From: Eledone cirrhosa
Lineage: Eukaryota
Direction of reading: 5' to 3'
Length of the DNA stretch: 64,000 nucleotides
NCBI GenBank assembly: GCA_964016885.1
Contig: OZ024742.1
Coordinates: forward strand, 16,554,001-16,618,000
The notes beneath the pieces were generated by a model. The model did no database searches. It saw nothing but the letters and a program-made list of their open reading frames with translations, and was not told the DNA's origin. Made by a program: the position numbers and the translations under genes. Numbering within the stretch: position 1 is the first letter of the stretch; the number at the start of each line of letters is the position of its first letter. Positions 1 to 15,000 of the stretch are shown here, one piece after another.

Positions 1-3000
1 ACATTGATGGTAGTGACAGTGATGTTGACAACTGTAATAGTAACAATGATGGTAGTGACAGTGATGTTGACAACTGTAGTATTAACAATGATGGTAGTGA
101 GAGTGATGTTGACAACTGTAATATTAACAATGATGGTAGTGACAGTGATGTTGACAACTGTAGTATTAACAATGATGGTAGTAACAGTGATGTTGACAAC
201 TGTAATATTAACAATGATGGTAGTAACAGTGATGTTGACAACTGTAGTATTAACAATGATGATAGTGACAGTGATGTTGACAACTGTAGTATTAACAATG
301 CTGGTAGTAACAGTGATGTTGACATCTGCAATATTAACAATGATGGTAGTGACAGTGATGTTGACAACTGTAATATTAACAATGATGGTAGTAACAGTGA
401 TGTTGACAACTGTAGTATTAACAATGATGATATTGACAGTGATGTTGACAACTGTAATAGTAACAATGATGGTAGTTACAGTGATGTTGACAACTGTAGT
501 ATTAACAATGATGGTAGTGACAGTGATGTTGACAACTGTAATATTAACAATGATGGTAGTGAGAGTGATGTTGACAACTGTAGTATTAACAATGATGGTA
601 GTATCAGTTATGTTGACAACTGTAGTATTAACAATGATGGTAGTGAGAGTGATGTTGACAACTGCAATATTAACAATGATGGTAGTGAGAGTGATGTTGA
701 CAACTGTAGTATTAACAATGATGGTAGTATCAGTGATGTTGACAACTGTAATATTAACAATGATGGTAGTGAGAGTGATGTTGACAACTGTAATATTAAC
801 AATGATGGTAGTGAGAGTGATGTTGACAACTGTAGTATTAACAATGATGGTAGTGAGAGTGATGTTGACAACTGTAGTATTAACAATGATGGTAGTGACA
901 GTGATGTCGACAACTGTAGTATTAACAATGATGGTAGTGACAGTGATGTTGACAACCAACTGTAATATTAACAATGATGGTAGTGACAGTGATGTTGACA
1001 ACTGTAGTATTAACAATGCTGGTAGTGACAGTGATGTTTACAACTGTAGTATTAACAATGATGGTAGTAATAGTGATGTTGACATCTGCAATATTAACAA
1101 TGATGGTAGTGACAGTGATGTTGACAACTGTAGTATTAACAATGATGGTAGTCACAGTGATGTTGACAACTGTAATATTAACAATGATGGTAGTAACAGT
1201 GATGTTGACAACTGTAGTATTAACAATGATGGTAGTGACATTGATGTTGACAACTGTAGTATTAACAATGCTGGTAGTGAGAGTGATGTTGACAACTGTA
1301 GTATTAACAATGCTGGTAGTAACAGTGATGTTGACATCTGCAATATTAACATTGATGGTAGTGACAGTGATGTTGACAACTGTAGTATTAACAGTGATGA
1401 TATTGACAGTGATGTTGACAACTGTAATATTAACAATGATGGTAGTGACAGTGATGTTGACAACTGTAATATTAACAATGATGGTAGAAACGGTGATGTT
1501 GACAACTGTAGTATTAACAATGATGATATTGACAGTGATGTTGACAACTGTAATATTAACAATGATGGTAGTAACAGTGATGTTGACATCTGCAATATTA
1601 ACAATGATGGTAGTGACAATTATGTCGACAACAGTAGTATTAACAATGATGGTAGTGACAGTGATGTTGACAACTGTAGTATTAATAATGATGGTAGTGA
1701 CAGTGATGTTGACAACTGTACTATTAACAATGATGGTAGTAACAGTGATGTTGACAACTGTAGTATTAACAATGATGGTATTGACAGTGATGTTGACAAC
1801 TGTAATAGTAACAATGATGGTAGTGACAGTGATGTTGACAACTGTAATATTAACAATGATGGTAGTAACAGTGATGTTGACAACTGTAATATTAACAATG
1901 ATGGTAGTAACAGTGATGTTGACAACTGTAGTATTAACAATGATGATATTGACAGTGATTTTGACAACTGTAATAGTAACAATGATGGTAGTGACAGTGA
2001 TGTTGACAACTGTAATATTAACAATGATGGTAGTAACAGTGATGTTGACAACTGTAGTATTAACAATGATGATAGTGACAGTGATGTTGACAACTGTAGT
2101 ATTAACAATGCTGGTAGTAACAGTGATGTTGACATCTGCAATATTAACAATGATGGTAGTGACAGTGATGTTGACAACTGTAATATTAACAATGATGGTA
2201 GTAACAGTGATGTTGACAACTGTAGTATTAACAATGATGATATTGACAGTGATGTTGACAACTGTAATAGTAACAATGATGGTAGTGACAGTGATGTTGA
2301 CAACTGTAGTATTAACAATGATGGTAGTGACAGTAATGTTGACAACTGTAATATTAACAATGATGGTAGTGAGAGTGATGTTGACAACTGTAGTATTAAC
2401 AATGATGGTAGTATCAGTTATGTTGACAACTGTAGTATTAACAATGATGGTAGTGAGAGTGATGTTGACAACTGTAATATTAACAATGATGGTAGTGACA
2501 GTGATGTCGACAACTGTAGTATTAACAATGATGGTAGTGACAGTGATGTTGACAACCAACTGTAATATTAACAATGATGGTAGTGACAGTGATGTTGAAA
2601 ACTGTAGTATTAACAATGCTGGTAGTGACAGTGATGTTGACAACTGTAGTATTAACAATGCTGGTAGTAATAGTGATGTTGACATCTGCAATATTAACAA
2701 TGATGGTAGTGACAGTGATGTTGACAACTGTAGTATTAACAATGATGGTAGTAACAGTGATGTTGACAACTGTAGTATTAACAATGATGGGAGTGAGAGT
2801 GATGTTGACAACTGTAGTATTAACAATGATGGTAGTGACATTTATGTTGACAACTGTAGTATTAACAATGATGGTAGTAACAGTGATGTTGACAACTGTA
2901 GTATTAACAATGATGGTAGTAACAGTGATGTTGACAACTGGAGTATTAACAATGATGATATTGACAGTGATGTTGACAACTGTAATATTAACAATGATGG

Positions 3001-6000
3001 TAGTGACAGTGATGTTGACAACTGTAGTATTAACAATGATGGTAGTAACAGTGATGTTGACAACTGTAGTATTAACAATGATGATATTGACAGTGATGTT
3101 GACAATTGTAATATTAACAATGATGGTAGTAACAGTGACGTTGACATCTGTAGTATTAACAATGATGGTAGTGACAATGATGTTGACAACTGTAGTATTA
3201 ACAATGATGGTAGTGACATTGATGTTGACAACTGTACTATTAACAATGATGGTAGTAACCGTGATGTTGACAACTGTAGTATTAACAATGATGGTAGTAA
3301 CAGTGATGTTGACAACTGGAGTATTAACAATGATGGTAGTAACAGTGATGTTGACAACTGGAGTATTAACAATGATGGTAGTAACAGTGATGTTGACAAC
3401 TGTAGTATTAACAATGATGGTAGTGACAGTGATGTTGACAACTCTAGTATTAACAATGATGGTAGTGACTGATGTTGACAACTGTAGTGTTAACAATGAT
3501 GGTAGTGACAGTTATGTTGACAACTCTAGTATTAACAATGATGGTAGTGACTGATGTTGACAACTGTAGTGTTAACAATGATGGTAGTGACAGTGATGTT
3601 GACAACTGTAGTATTAACAATGATGGTAGTAACAGTGATGTTGACAACTGTACTATTAACAATGATGGTAGTGACAGTGATGTTGACAACTGGAGAATTA
3701 ACAATGATGGTAGTGACAGTGATGTTGACAACTGTACTATTAACAATGATGGTAGTAACATTGATGTTGACAACTGTAGTATTAACAATGATGATATTGA
3801 CAGTGATGTTGACAACTGTAATATTAACAATGATGGTAGTGACATTGATGTTGACAACTGTAGTATTAACAATGATGGTAGTGACATTGATGTTGACAAC
3901 TGTAGTATTAACAATGATGGTAGTGACAGTGATGTTGACAACTGTAGTATTAACAATGATGGTAGTGACATTGATGTTGACAACTGTAGTATTAACAATG
4001 ATGGTAGTGACATTGATGTTGACAACTGTAGTATTAACAATGATGGTAGTGACAGTGATGTTGACAACTGTAGTATTAACAATGATGGTAGTAACAGTGA
4101 TGTTGACAACTGTAATATTAACAATGATGGTAGTGACAGTGATGTTGACAACTGTAATATTAACAATGATGATATTGACAGTGATGTTGACAACTGTACT
4201 ATTAACAATGATGGTAGTAACAGTGATGTTGACAACTGTAATATATACAATGATGGTAGTGACAGTGATGTTGACAACTGTAATATTAACAATGATGGTA
4301 GTAACAGTGATGTTGACAACTGTAGTATTAACAATGATGGTAGTGAGAGTGATGTTGACAACTGTAATATTAACAATGATGGTAGTGACAGTGATGTTGA
4401 CAACTGTAGTATTAACAATGATGGTAGTAACAGTGATGTTGACAACTGTAATATTAACAATGATGGTAGTAACAGTGATGTTGACAACTGTAGTATTAAC
4501 AATGATGGTATTGACAGTGATGTTGACAACTGTAATAGTAACAATGATGGTAGTGACAGTGATGTTGACAACTGTAATATTAACAATGATGGTAGTAACA
4601 GTGATGTTGACAACTGTAGTATTAACAATGCTGGTAGTAATAGTGATGTTGACATCTGCAATATTAACAATGATGGTAGTGACAGTGATGTTGACAACTG
4701 TAGTATTAACAATGATGGTAGTCACAGTGATGTTGACAACTGTAATATTAACAATGATGGTAGTAACAGTGATGTTGACAACTGTAGTATTAACAATGAT
4801 GGTAGTGACATTGATGTTGTCAACTGTAGTATTAACAATGCTGGTAGTGACAGTGATGTTGACAACTAGTATTAACAATGCTGGTAGTAACAGTGATGTT
4901 GACATCTGCAATATTAACATTGATGGTAGTGACAGTGATGTTGACAACTGTAGTATTAACAGTGATGATATTGACAGTGATGTTGACAACTGTAATATTA
5001 ACAATGATGGTAGTGACAGTGATGTTGACAACTGTAGTATTAACAATGATGGTAGTAACAGTGATGTTGACAACTGTAATATTAACAATGCTGGTAGTGA
5101 CAGTGATGTTGACAACTGTAGTATTAACAATGCTGGTAGTAACAGTGATGTTGACATCTGCAATATTAACATTGATGGTAGTGACAGTGATGTTGACAAC
5201 TGTAGTATTAACAGTGATGATATTGACAGTGATGTTGACAACTGTAATATTAACAATGATGGTAGTAACAGTGATGTTGACAACTGTAGTATTAACAATG
5301 ATGATATTGACAGTGATTTTGACAACTGTAATAGTAACAATGATGGTAGTGACAGTGATGTTGACAACTGTAATATTAACAATGATGGTAGTAACAGTGA
5401 TGTTGACAACTGTAGTATTAACAATGATGATAGTGACAGTGATGTTGACAACTGTAGTATTAACAATGCTGGTAGTAACAGTGATGTTGACATCTGCAAT
5501 ATTAACAATGATGGTAGTGACAGTGATGTTGAGAACTGTAATATTAACAAGATGGTAGTAACAGTGATGTTGACAACTGTAGTATTAACAATGATGATAT
5601 TGACAGTGATGTTGACAACTGTAATAGTAACAATGATGGTAGTGACAGTGATGTTGACAACTGTAGTATTAAAAATGATGGTAGTGACAGTGATGTTGAC
5701 AACTGTAATATTAACAATGATGGTAGTGAGAGTGATGTTGACAACTGTAGTATTAACAATGATGGTAGTATCAGTTATGTTGACAACTGTAGTATTAACA
5801 ATGATGGTAGTGAGAGTGATGTTGACAACTGTAATATTAACAATGATGGTAGTGAGAGTGATGTTGACAACTGTAGTATTAACAATGATGGTAGTGACAG
5901 TGATGTTGACAACTGGAGAATTAACAATGATGGTAGTGACAGTGATGTTGACAACTGTACTATTAACAATGATGGTAGTAACATTGATGTTGACAACTGT

Positions 6001-9000
6001 AGTATTAACAATGATGATATTGACAGTGATGTTGACAACTGTAATATTAACAATGATGGTAGTGACATTGATGTTGACAACTGTAGTATTAACAATGATG
6101 GTAGTGACATTGATGTTGACAACTGTAGTATTAACAATGATGGTAGTGACAGTGATGTTGACAACTGTAGTATTAACAATGATGGTAGTGACATTGATGT
6201 TGACAACTGTAGTATTAACAATGATGGTAGTGACATTGATGTTGACAACTGTAGTATTAACAATGATGGTAGTGACAGTGATGTTGACAACTGTAGTATT
6301 AACAATGATGGTAGTAACAGTGATGTTGACAACTGTAATATTAACAATGATGGTAGTGACAGTGATGTTGACAACTGTAATATTAACAATGATGATATTG
6401 ACAGTGATGTTGACAACTGTACTATTAACAATGATGGTAGTAACAGTGATGTTGACAACTGTAATATATACAATGATGGTAGTGACAGTGATGTTGACAA
6501 CTGTAATATTAACAATGATGGTAGTAACAGTGATGTTGACAACTGTAGTATTAACAATGATGGTAGTGAGAGTGATGTTGACAACTGTAATATTAACAAT
6601 GATGGTAGTGACAGTGATGTTGACAACTGTAGTATTAACAATGATGGTAGTAACAGTGATGTTGACAACTGTAATATTAACAATGATGGTAGTAACAGTG
6701 ATGTTGACAACTGTAGTATTAACAATGATGGTATTGACAGTGATGTTGACAACTGTAATAGTAACAATGATGGTAGTGACAGTGATGTTGACAACTGTAA
6801 TATTAACAATGATGGTAGTAACAGTGATGTTGACAACTGTAGTATTAACAATGCTGGTAGTAATAGTGATGTTGACATCTGCAATATTAACAATGATGGT
6901 AGTGACAGTGATGTTGACAACTGTAGTATTAACAATGATGGTAGTCACAGTGATGTTGACAACTGTAATATTAACAATGATGGTAGTAACAGTGATGTTG
7001 ACAACTGTAGTATTAACAATGATGGTAGTGACATTGATGTTGTCAACTGTAGTATTAACAATGCTGGTAGTGACAGTGATGTTGACAACTAGTATTAACA
7101 ATGCTGGTAGTAACAGTGATGTTGACATCTGCAATATTAACATTGATGGTAGTGACAGTGATGTTGACAACTGTAGTATTAACAGTGATGATATTGACAG
7201 TGATGTTGACAACTGTAATATTAACAATGATGGTAGTGACAGTGATGTTGACAACTGTAGTATTAACAATGATGGTAGTAACAGTGATGTTGACAACTGT
7301 AATATTAACAATGCTGGTAGTGACAGTGATGTTGACAACTGTAGTATTAACAATGCTGGTAGTAACAGTGATGTTGACATCTGCAATATTAACATTGATG
7401 GTAGTGACAGTGATGTTGACAACTGTAGTATTAACAGTGATGATATTGACAGTGATGTTGACAACTGTAATATTAACAATGATGGTAGTAACAGTGATGT
7501 TGACAACTGTAGTATTAACAATGATGATATTGACAGTGATTTTGACAACTGTAATAGTAACAATGATGGTAGTGACAGTGATGTTGACAACTGTAATATT
7601 AACAATGATGGTAGTAACAGTGATGTTGACAACTGTAGTATTAACAATGATGATAGTGACAGTGATGTTGACAACTGTAGTATTAACAATGCTGGTAGTA
7701 ACAGTGATGTTGACATCTGCAATATTAACAATGATGGTAGTGACAGTGATGTTGAGAACTGTAATATTAACAAGATGGTAGTAACAGTGATGTTGACAAC
7801 TGTAGTATTAACAATGATGATATTGACAGTGATGTTGACAACTGTAATAGTAACAATGATGGTAGTGACAGTGATGTTGACAACTGTAGTATTAAAAATG
7901 ATGGTAGTGACAGTGATGTTGACAACTGTAATATTAACAATGATGGTAGTGAGAGTGATGTTGACAACTGTAGTATTAACAATGATGGTAGTATCAGTTA
8001 TGTTGACAACTGTAGTATTAACAATGATGGTAGTGAGAGTGATGTTGACAACTGTAATATTAACAATGATGGTAGTGAGAGTGATGTTGACAACTGTAGT
8101 ATTAACAATGATGGTAGTATCAGTGATGTTGACAACTGTAATATTAACAATGATGGTAGTGAGAGTGATGTTGACAACTATAATATTAACAATGATGGTA
8201 GTAACAGTGATGTTGACAACTGTAGTATTAACAATGATGGTAGTGAGAGTGATGTTGACAACTGTAGTATTAACAATGATGGTAGTGACAGTGATGTCGA
8301 CAACTGTAGTATTAACAATGATGGTAGTGACAGTGATGTTGACAACCAACTGTAATATTAACAATGATGGTAGTGACAGTGATGTTGACAACTGTAGTAT
8401 TAACAATGCTGGTAGTGACAGTGATGTTGACAACTGTAGTATTAACAATGCTGGTAGTAATAGTGATGTTGACATCTGCAATATTAACAATGATGGTAGT
8501 GACAGTGATGTTGACAACTGTAGTATTAACAATGATGGTAGTCACAGTGATGTTGACAACTGTAATATTAACAATGATGGTAGTAACAGTGATGTTGACA
8601 ACTGTAGTATTAACAATGATGGTAGTGACATTGATGTTGACAACTGTAGTATTAACAATGCTGGTAGTGACAGTGATGTTGACAACTGTAGTATTAACAA
8701 TGCTGGTAGTAACAGTGATGTTGACATCTGCAATATTAACATTGATGGTAGTGACAGTGATGTTGACAACTGTAGTATTAACAGTGATGATATTGACAGT
8801 GATGTTGACAACTGTAATATTAACAATGATGGTAGTGACAGTGATGTTGACAACTGTAATATTAACAATGATGGTAGAAACAGTGATGTTGACAACTGTA
8901 GTATTAACAATGATGATATTGACAGTGATGTTGACAACTGTAATATTAACAATGATGGTAGTAACAGTGATGTTGACAACTGTAATATTAAAAATGATGA

Positions 9001-12000
9001 TATTGACAGTGATGTTGACAACTGTAATATTAAAAATGATGGTAGTAATAGTGATGTTGACATCTGTATTATTAACAATGATGATATTGACAGTGATGTT
9101 GACAACTGTAGTATTAACAATGATGGTAGTGAGAGTGATGTTGACAACTGTAGTATTAACAATGATGGTAGTGACAGTGATGTCGACAACTGTAGTATTA
9201 ACAATGATGGTAGTGACAGTGATGTTGACAACCAACTGTAATATTAACAATGATGGTAGTGACAGTGATGTTGACAACTGTAGTATTAACAATGCTGGTA
9301 GTGACAGTGATGTTGACAACTGTAGTATTAACAATGCTGGTAGTAATAGTGATGTTGACATCTGCAATATTAACAATGATGGTAGTGACAGTTATGTTGA
9401 CAACTGTAGTATTAACAATGATGGTAGTCACAGTGATGTTGACAACTGTAATATTAACAATGATGGTAGTAACAGTGATGTTGACAACTGTAGTATTAAC
9501 AATGCTGGTAGTGACAGTGATGTTGACAACTGTAGTATTAACAATGCTGGTAGTAATAGTGATGTTGACATCTGCAATATTAACAATGATGGTAGTGACA
9601 GTGATGTTGACAACTGTAGTATTAACAATGATGGTAGTCACAGTGATGTTGACAACTGTAATATTAACAATGATGGTAGTAACAGTGATGTTGACAACTG
9701 TAGTATTAACAATGATGGTAGTGACATTGATGTTGACAACTGTAGTATTAACAATGCTGGTAGTGACAGTGATGTTGACAACTGTAGTATTAACAATGCT
9801 GGTAGTAACAGTGATGTTGACATCTGCAATATTAACATTGATGGTAGTGACAGTGACGTTGACAACTGTAGTATTAACAGTGATGATATTGACAGTGATG
9901 TTGACAACTGTAATATTAACAATGATGGTAGTGACAGTGATGTTGACAACTGTAATATTAACAATGATGGTAGAAACAGTGATGTTGACAACTGTAGTAT
10001 TAACAATGATGATATTGACAGTGATGTTGACAACTGTAATATTAACAATGATGGTAGTAACAGTGATGTTGACAACTGTAATATTAAAAATGATGATATT
10101 GACAGTGATGTTGACAACTGTAATATTAAAAATGATGGTAGTAATAGTGATGTTGACATCTGTATTATTAACAATGATGATATTGACAGTGATGTTGACA
10201 ACTGTAGTATTAACAATGATGGTAGTGAGAGTGATGTTGACAACTGTAGTATTAACAATGATGATAGTGACAGTGATGTTGACAACTGTAATATGAACAA
10301 TGATGGTAGTAACAGTGATGTTGACAACTCTAGTATTAACAATGATGGTAGTGACATTGATGTTGACAACTGTCGTATTAACAATGATGGTAGTGACATT
10401 GCTGTTGACAACTGTAGTATTAACAATGATGGTAGTGACATTGATGTTGACATCTGTAGTATTAACAATGATGGTAGTGACATTTATGTTGACAACTGTA
10501 ATATTAACAATGTTGGTAGTAACAGTGATGTTGACAACTGCATTATTAACAATGATGGTAGTGACAGTGATGTTGACAACTGTAATATTAACAATGATGG
10601 TAGTGACAGTGATGTTGACAACTGTAGTATTAACAATGATAGTAGTGACAGTGATGTTGACAACTGTAGTATTAAGAATGATGCTAGTGACAGTGATGTT
10701 GACAACTGTAGTATTAACAATGCTGGTAATAACAGTGATGTTGACATCTGCAATATTAACAATGATGGTAGTAACAGTGATGTTGACAACTGTAGTATTA
10801 ACAATGATGGTAGTGACAGTGATGTTGACAACTGTAGTATTAACAATGATGGTAGTGACAGTGATGTTGACAACTGTAATATTAACAATGATGGTAGTAA
10901 CAGTGATGTTGACAACTGTAGTATTAACAATGATGGTAGTAACAGTGATGTTGACAACTGTAGTATTAACAATGATGGTAGTGACAGTGATGTTGACAAC
11001 TGTAATATTAACAATGATGGTAGTAACAGTGATGTTGACAACTGTAGTATTAACAATGATGGTAGTGACAGTGATGTTGACAACTGTAGTATTAACAATG
11101 ATGGTAGTAAGATTGATGTTGACAACCAACTGTAATATTAACAATGATGGTAGTGACAGTGATGTTGACAACTGTAGTATTAACAATGATGGTAGTAACA
11201 GTGATGTTGACAACTGTAGTATTAACAATGATGGTAGTGACAGTGATGTTGACAACTGTAGTATTAACAATGATGGTAGTGACAGTGATGTTGACAACTG
11301 TAGTATTAACAATGATGGTAGTGACAGTGATGTTGACAACTGTAGTATTAACAATGATGGTAGTAAGATTGATGTTGACAACCAACTGTAATATTAACAA
11401 TGATGGTAGTGACAGTGATGTTGACAACTGTAGTATTAACAATGATGGTAGTAACAGTGATGTTGACAACTGTAGTATTAACAATGATGGTAGTGACAGT
11501 GATGTTGACAACTGTAATATTAACAATGATGGTAGTAACAGTGATGTTGACAACTGTAGTATTAACAATGATGGTAGTAACAGTGATGTTGACAACTGTA
11601 GTATTAACAATGATGGTAGTAACAGTGATGTTGACAACTGTAGTATTAACAATGATGGTAGTAACAGTGATGTTGACAACTGTAGTATTAACAATGATGG
11701 TAGTGAGAGTGATGTTGACAACTGTAATATTAACAATGATGGTAGTAACAGTGATGTTGACAACTGTAGTATTAACAATGATGGTAGTGACAGTGATGTT
11801 GACAACCAACTGTAATATTAACAATGATGGTAGTGACAGTGATGTTGACAACTGTAATAGTAACAATGATGGTAGTGAGAGTGATGTTGACAACTGTACT
11901 ATTAACAATGATGGTAGTAACAGTGATGTTGACAACTGTAGTATTAACAATGATGGTAGTGACAGTGATGTTGACAACCAACTGTAATATTAACAATGAT

Positions 12001-15000
12001 GGTAGTGACAGTGATGTTGACAACTGTAGTATTAACAATGATGGTAGTGACAGTGATGTTGACACTTGTAGTATTAACAATGATGGTAGTAACAGTGATG
12101 TTGACAACTGGAGTATTAACAATGATGGTAGTGACAGTTATGTTGACAACTGTAGTATTAACAATGATGGTAGTGACAGTGATGTTGACAACTGTAGTAT
12201 TAACAATGATGATATTGACAGTGATGTTGACAAATGTAATATTAACAATGATGGTAGTGACAGTGATGTTGACAACTGTAAAATTATCAATGATGGTAGT
12301 AACAGTGATGTTGACAACTGTAGTATTAACAATGATGATATTGACAGTGATGTTGACAACTGTAGTATTAACAAAGATGGTAGTGACAGTGATGTTGACA
12401 ACTGTAGTATTAACAATGATTGTAGTGACAGTGATGTTGACAACTGTACTATTAACAATGATGGTAGTAAAAGTGATGTTGACAACTGTAGTATTAACAA
12501 TGATGGTAGTGAAAGTGATGTTGACAACTGTAGTATTAACAATGATGGTAGTGACAGTGATGTTGACAACTGTAATATTAACAATGATGGTAGTAACAGT
12601 GATGTTGACAACAGTAGTATTAACAATGATGGTAGTAACAGTGATGTTGACAACTGTAATATTAACAATGATGGTAGTGACAGTGATGTAGACAACTGTA
12701 ATATTAACAATGATGTTAGTGACAGTGATGTTGACAACTCTAGTATTAACAATGATGGTAGTGACAGTGACGTTGACAACTTTAGAATTAACAATGATGG
12801 TAGTGACAGTGATGTTGACAACTGTAATATTAACAATAATGGTAGTAACAGTGATGTTGACAACTGTAATATTAACAATGATGGTAGTAACAGTGATGTT
12901 GACAACTGTAGTATTAACAATAATGGTAGTGACATTGATGTTGACAATTGTAGTATTAACACTGATGGTAGTGACAGTGATGTTTACACCTGTAGTATTA
13001 ACAATGATTGTAGTGACAGTGACGTTGACAACTGTAGTATTAACAATGATGGTAGTAACAGTGATGTTGACTACTGTAGTATTAACAATGATGATATTGA
13101 CAGTGATGTTGACAACTGTAATATTAACAATGATGGTAGTAACAGTGATGTTGACAACTGTAGTACTAACAATGATGGTAGTGACAGTGATGTTGACAAC
13201 TATAATATTAACAATGATGGTAGTAACAGTGATGTTGACAACTGTAGTATTAACAATGATGATATTGACAGTGATGTTGACAACTGTAATATTAACAATG
13301 ATGGTAGTAACAGTGATGTTGACAACTGTAGTATTAAAAATGATGATATTGACAGTGATGTTGACAACTGTAATATTAACAATGATGGTAGTAACATTGA
13401 TGTTGACAACTGTAGTATTAACAATGATGATATTGACAGTGATGTTGACAACTGTAATATTAACAATGATGGTAGTAACATTGATGTTGACAACTGTAGT
13501 ATTAACAATGATGATATTGACAGTGATGTTGACAACTGTAATATTCACAATGATGGTAGTGACATTGATGTTGACAACTGTAGTATTAACAATGATGGTA
13601 GTAACATTGATGTTGACAACTGTAGTATTAACAATGATGGTAGTAACATTGATGTTGACAACTGTAGTATTAACAATGATGGTAGTGACAGTGATGTTGA
13701 CAACTGTAGTATTAACAATAATGGTAGTAACAGTGATGTTGACAACTGTAATATTAACAATGATGGTAGTAACAGTGATGTTGACAACTGTAATATTAAC
13801 AATGATGGTAGTAACAGTGATGTTGACAACTGTAGTATTAACAATGATTGTAGTGACATTGATGTTGACAACTGTAGTATTAACAATGATGGTAGTGACA
13901 TTGATGTTGACAACTATAGTATTAACAATGATGGTAGTGACATTGATGTTGACAACTCTAGTATTAACAATGATGGTAGTGACATTTATGTTGACAACTG
14001 TAGTATTAACAATGATGGTAGTGACAGTGATGTTGACAACTGTAGTATTAACAATGATGGTAGTAACAGTGATGTTGACAACTGTAGTATTAACAATGAT
14101 GGTAGTAACAGTGATGTTGACAACTGTAGTATTAACAATGATGGTAGTGACAGTGATGTTGACAACTGTAGTATTAACAATGATGGTAGTAACAGTGATG
14201 TTGACATCTGCAATATTAACAATGATGGTAGTAACAGTGATGTTGACATCTGCAATATTAACAATGATGGTAGTGACAGTGATGTTGACAACTGTAGTAT
14301 TTACAATGATGGTAGTGACAGTGATGTTGACAACTGTAGTATTAACAATGATGGTAGTGACAGTGATGTTGACAACTGTAGTATTAACAATGATGGTAGT
14401 GACAGTTATGTTGACAACTGTAGTATTAACAATGATTGTAGTAAGAGTGATGTTGACAACTGTAGTATTAACAATGATGGTAGTGACAGTGATGTTGACA
14501 ACTGTAGTATTAACAATGATGGTAGTGACAGTGATGTTGACAACTGTAGTATTAACAATAATGATATTGACAGTGATGTTGACAACTGTAGTATTAACAA
14601 TGATGGGAGTGAGAGTGATGTTGACAACTGTAGTATTAACAATGATGGTAGTGACAGTGATGTTGACAACTGTAGTATTAACAATGATGGTAGTAACAGT
14701 GATGTTGACAACTGGAGTATTAACAATGATGATATTGACAGTGATGTTGACAACTGTAATATTAACAATGATGGTAGTGACAGTGATGTTGACAACTGTA
14801 GTATTAACAATGATGGTAGTAACAGTGATGTTGACAACTGTAGTATTAACAATGATGATATTGACAGTGATGTTGACAACTGTAATATTAACAATGATGG
14901 TAGTAACAGTGATGTTGACATCTCTAGTATTAACAATGATGGTAGTGACTGATGTTGACAACTGTAGTGTTAACAATGATGGTAGTGACAGTTATGTTGA

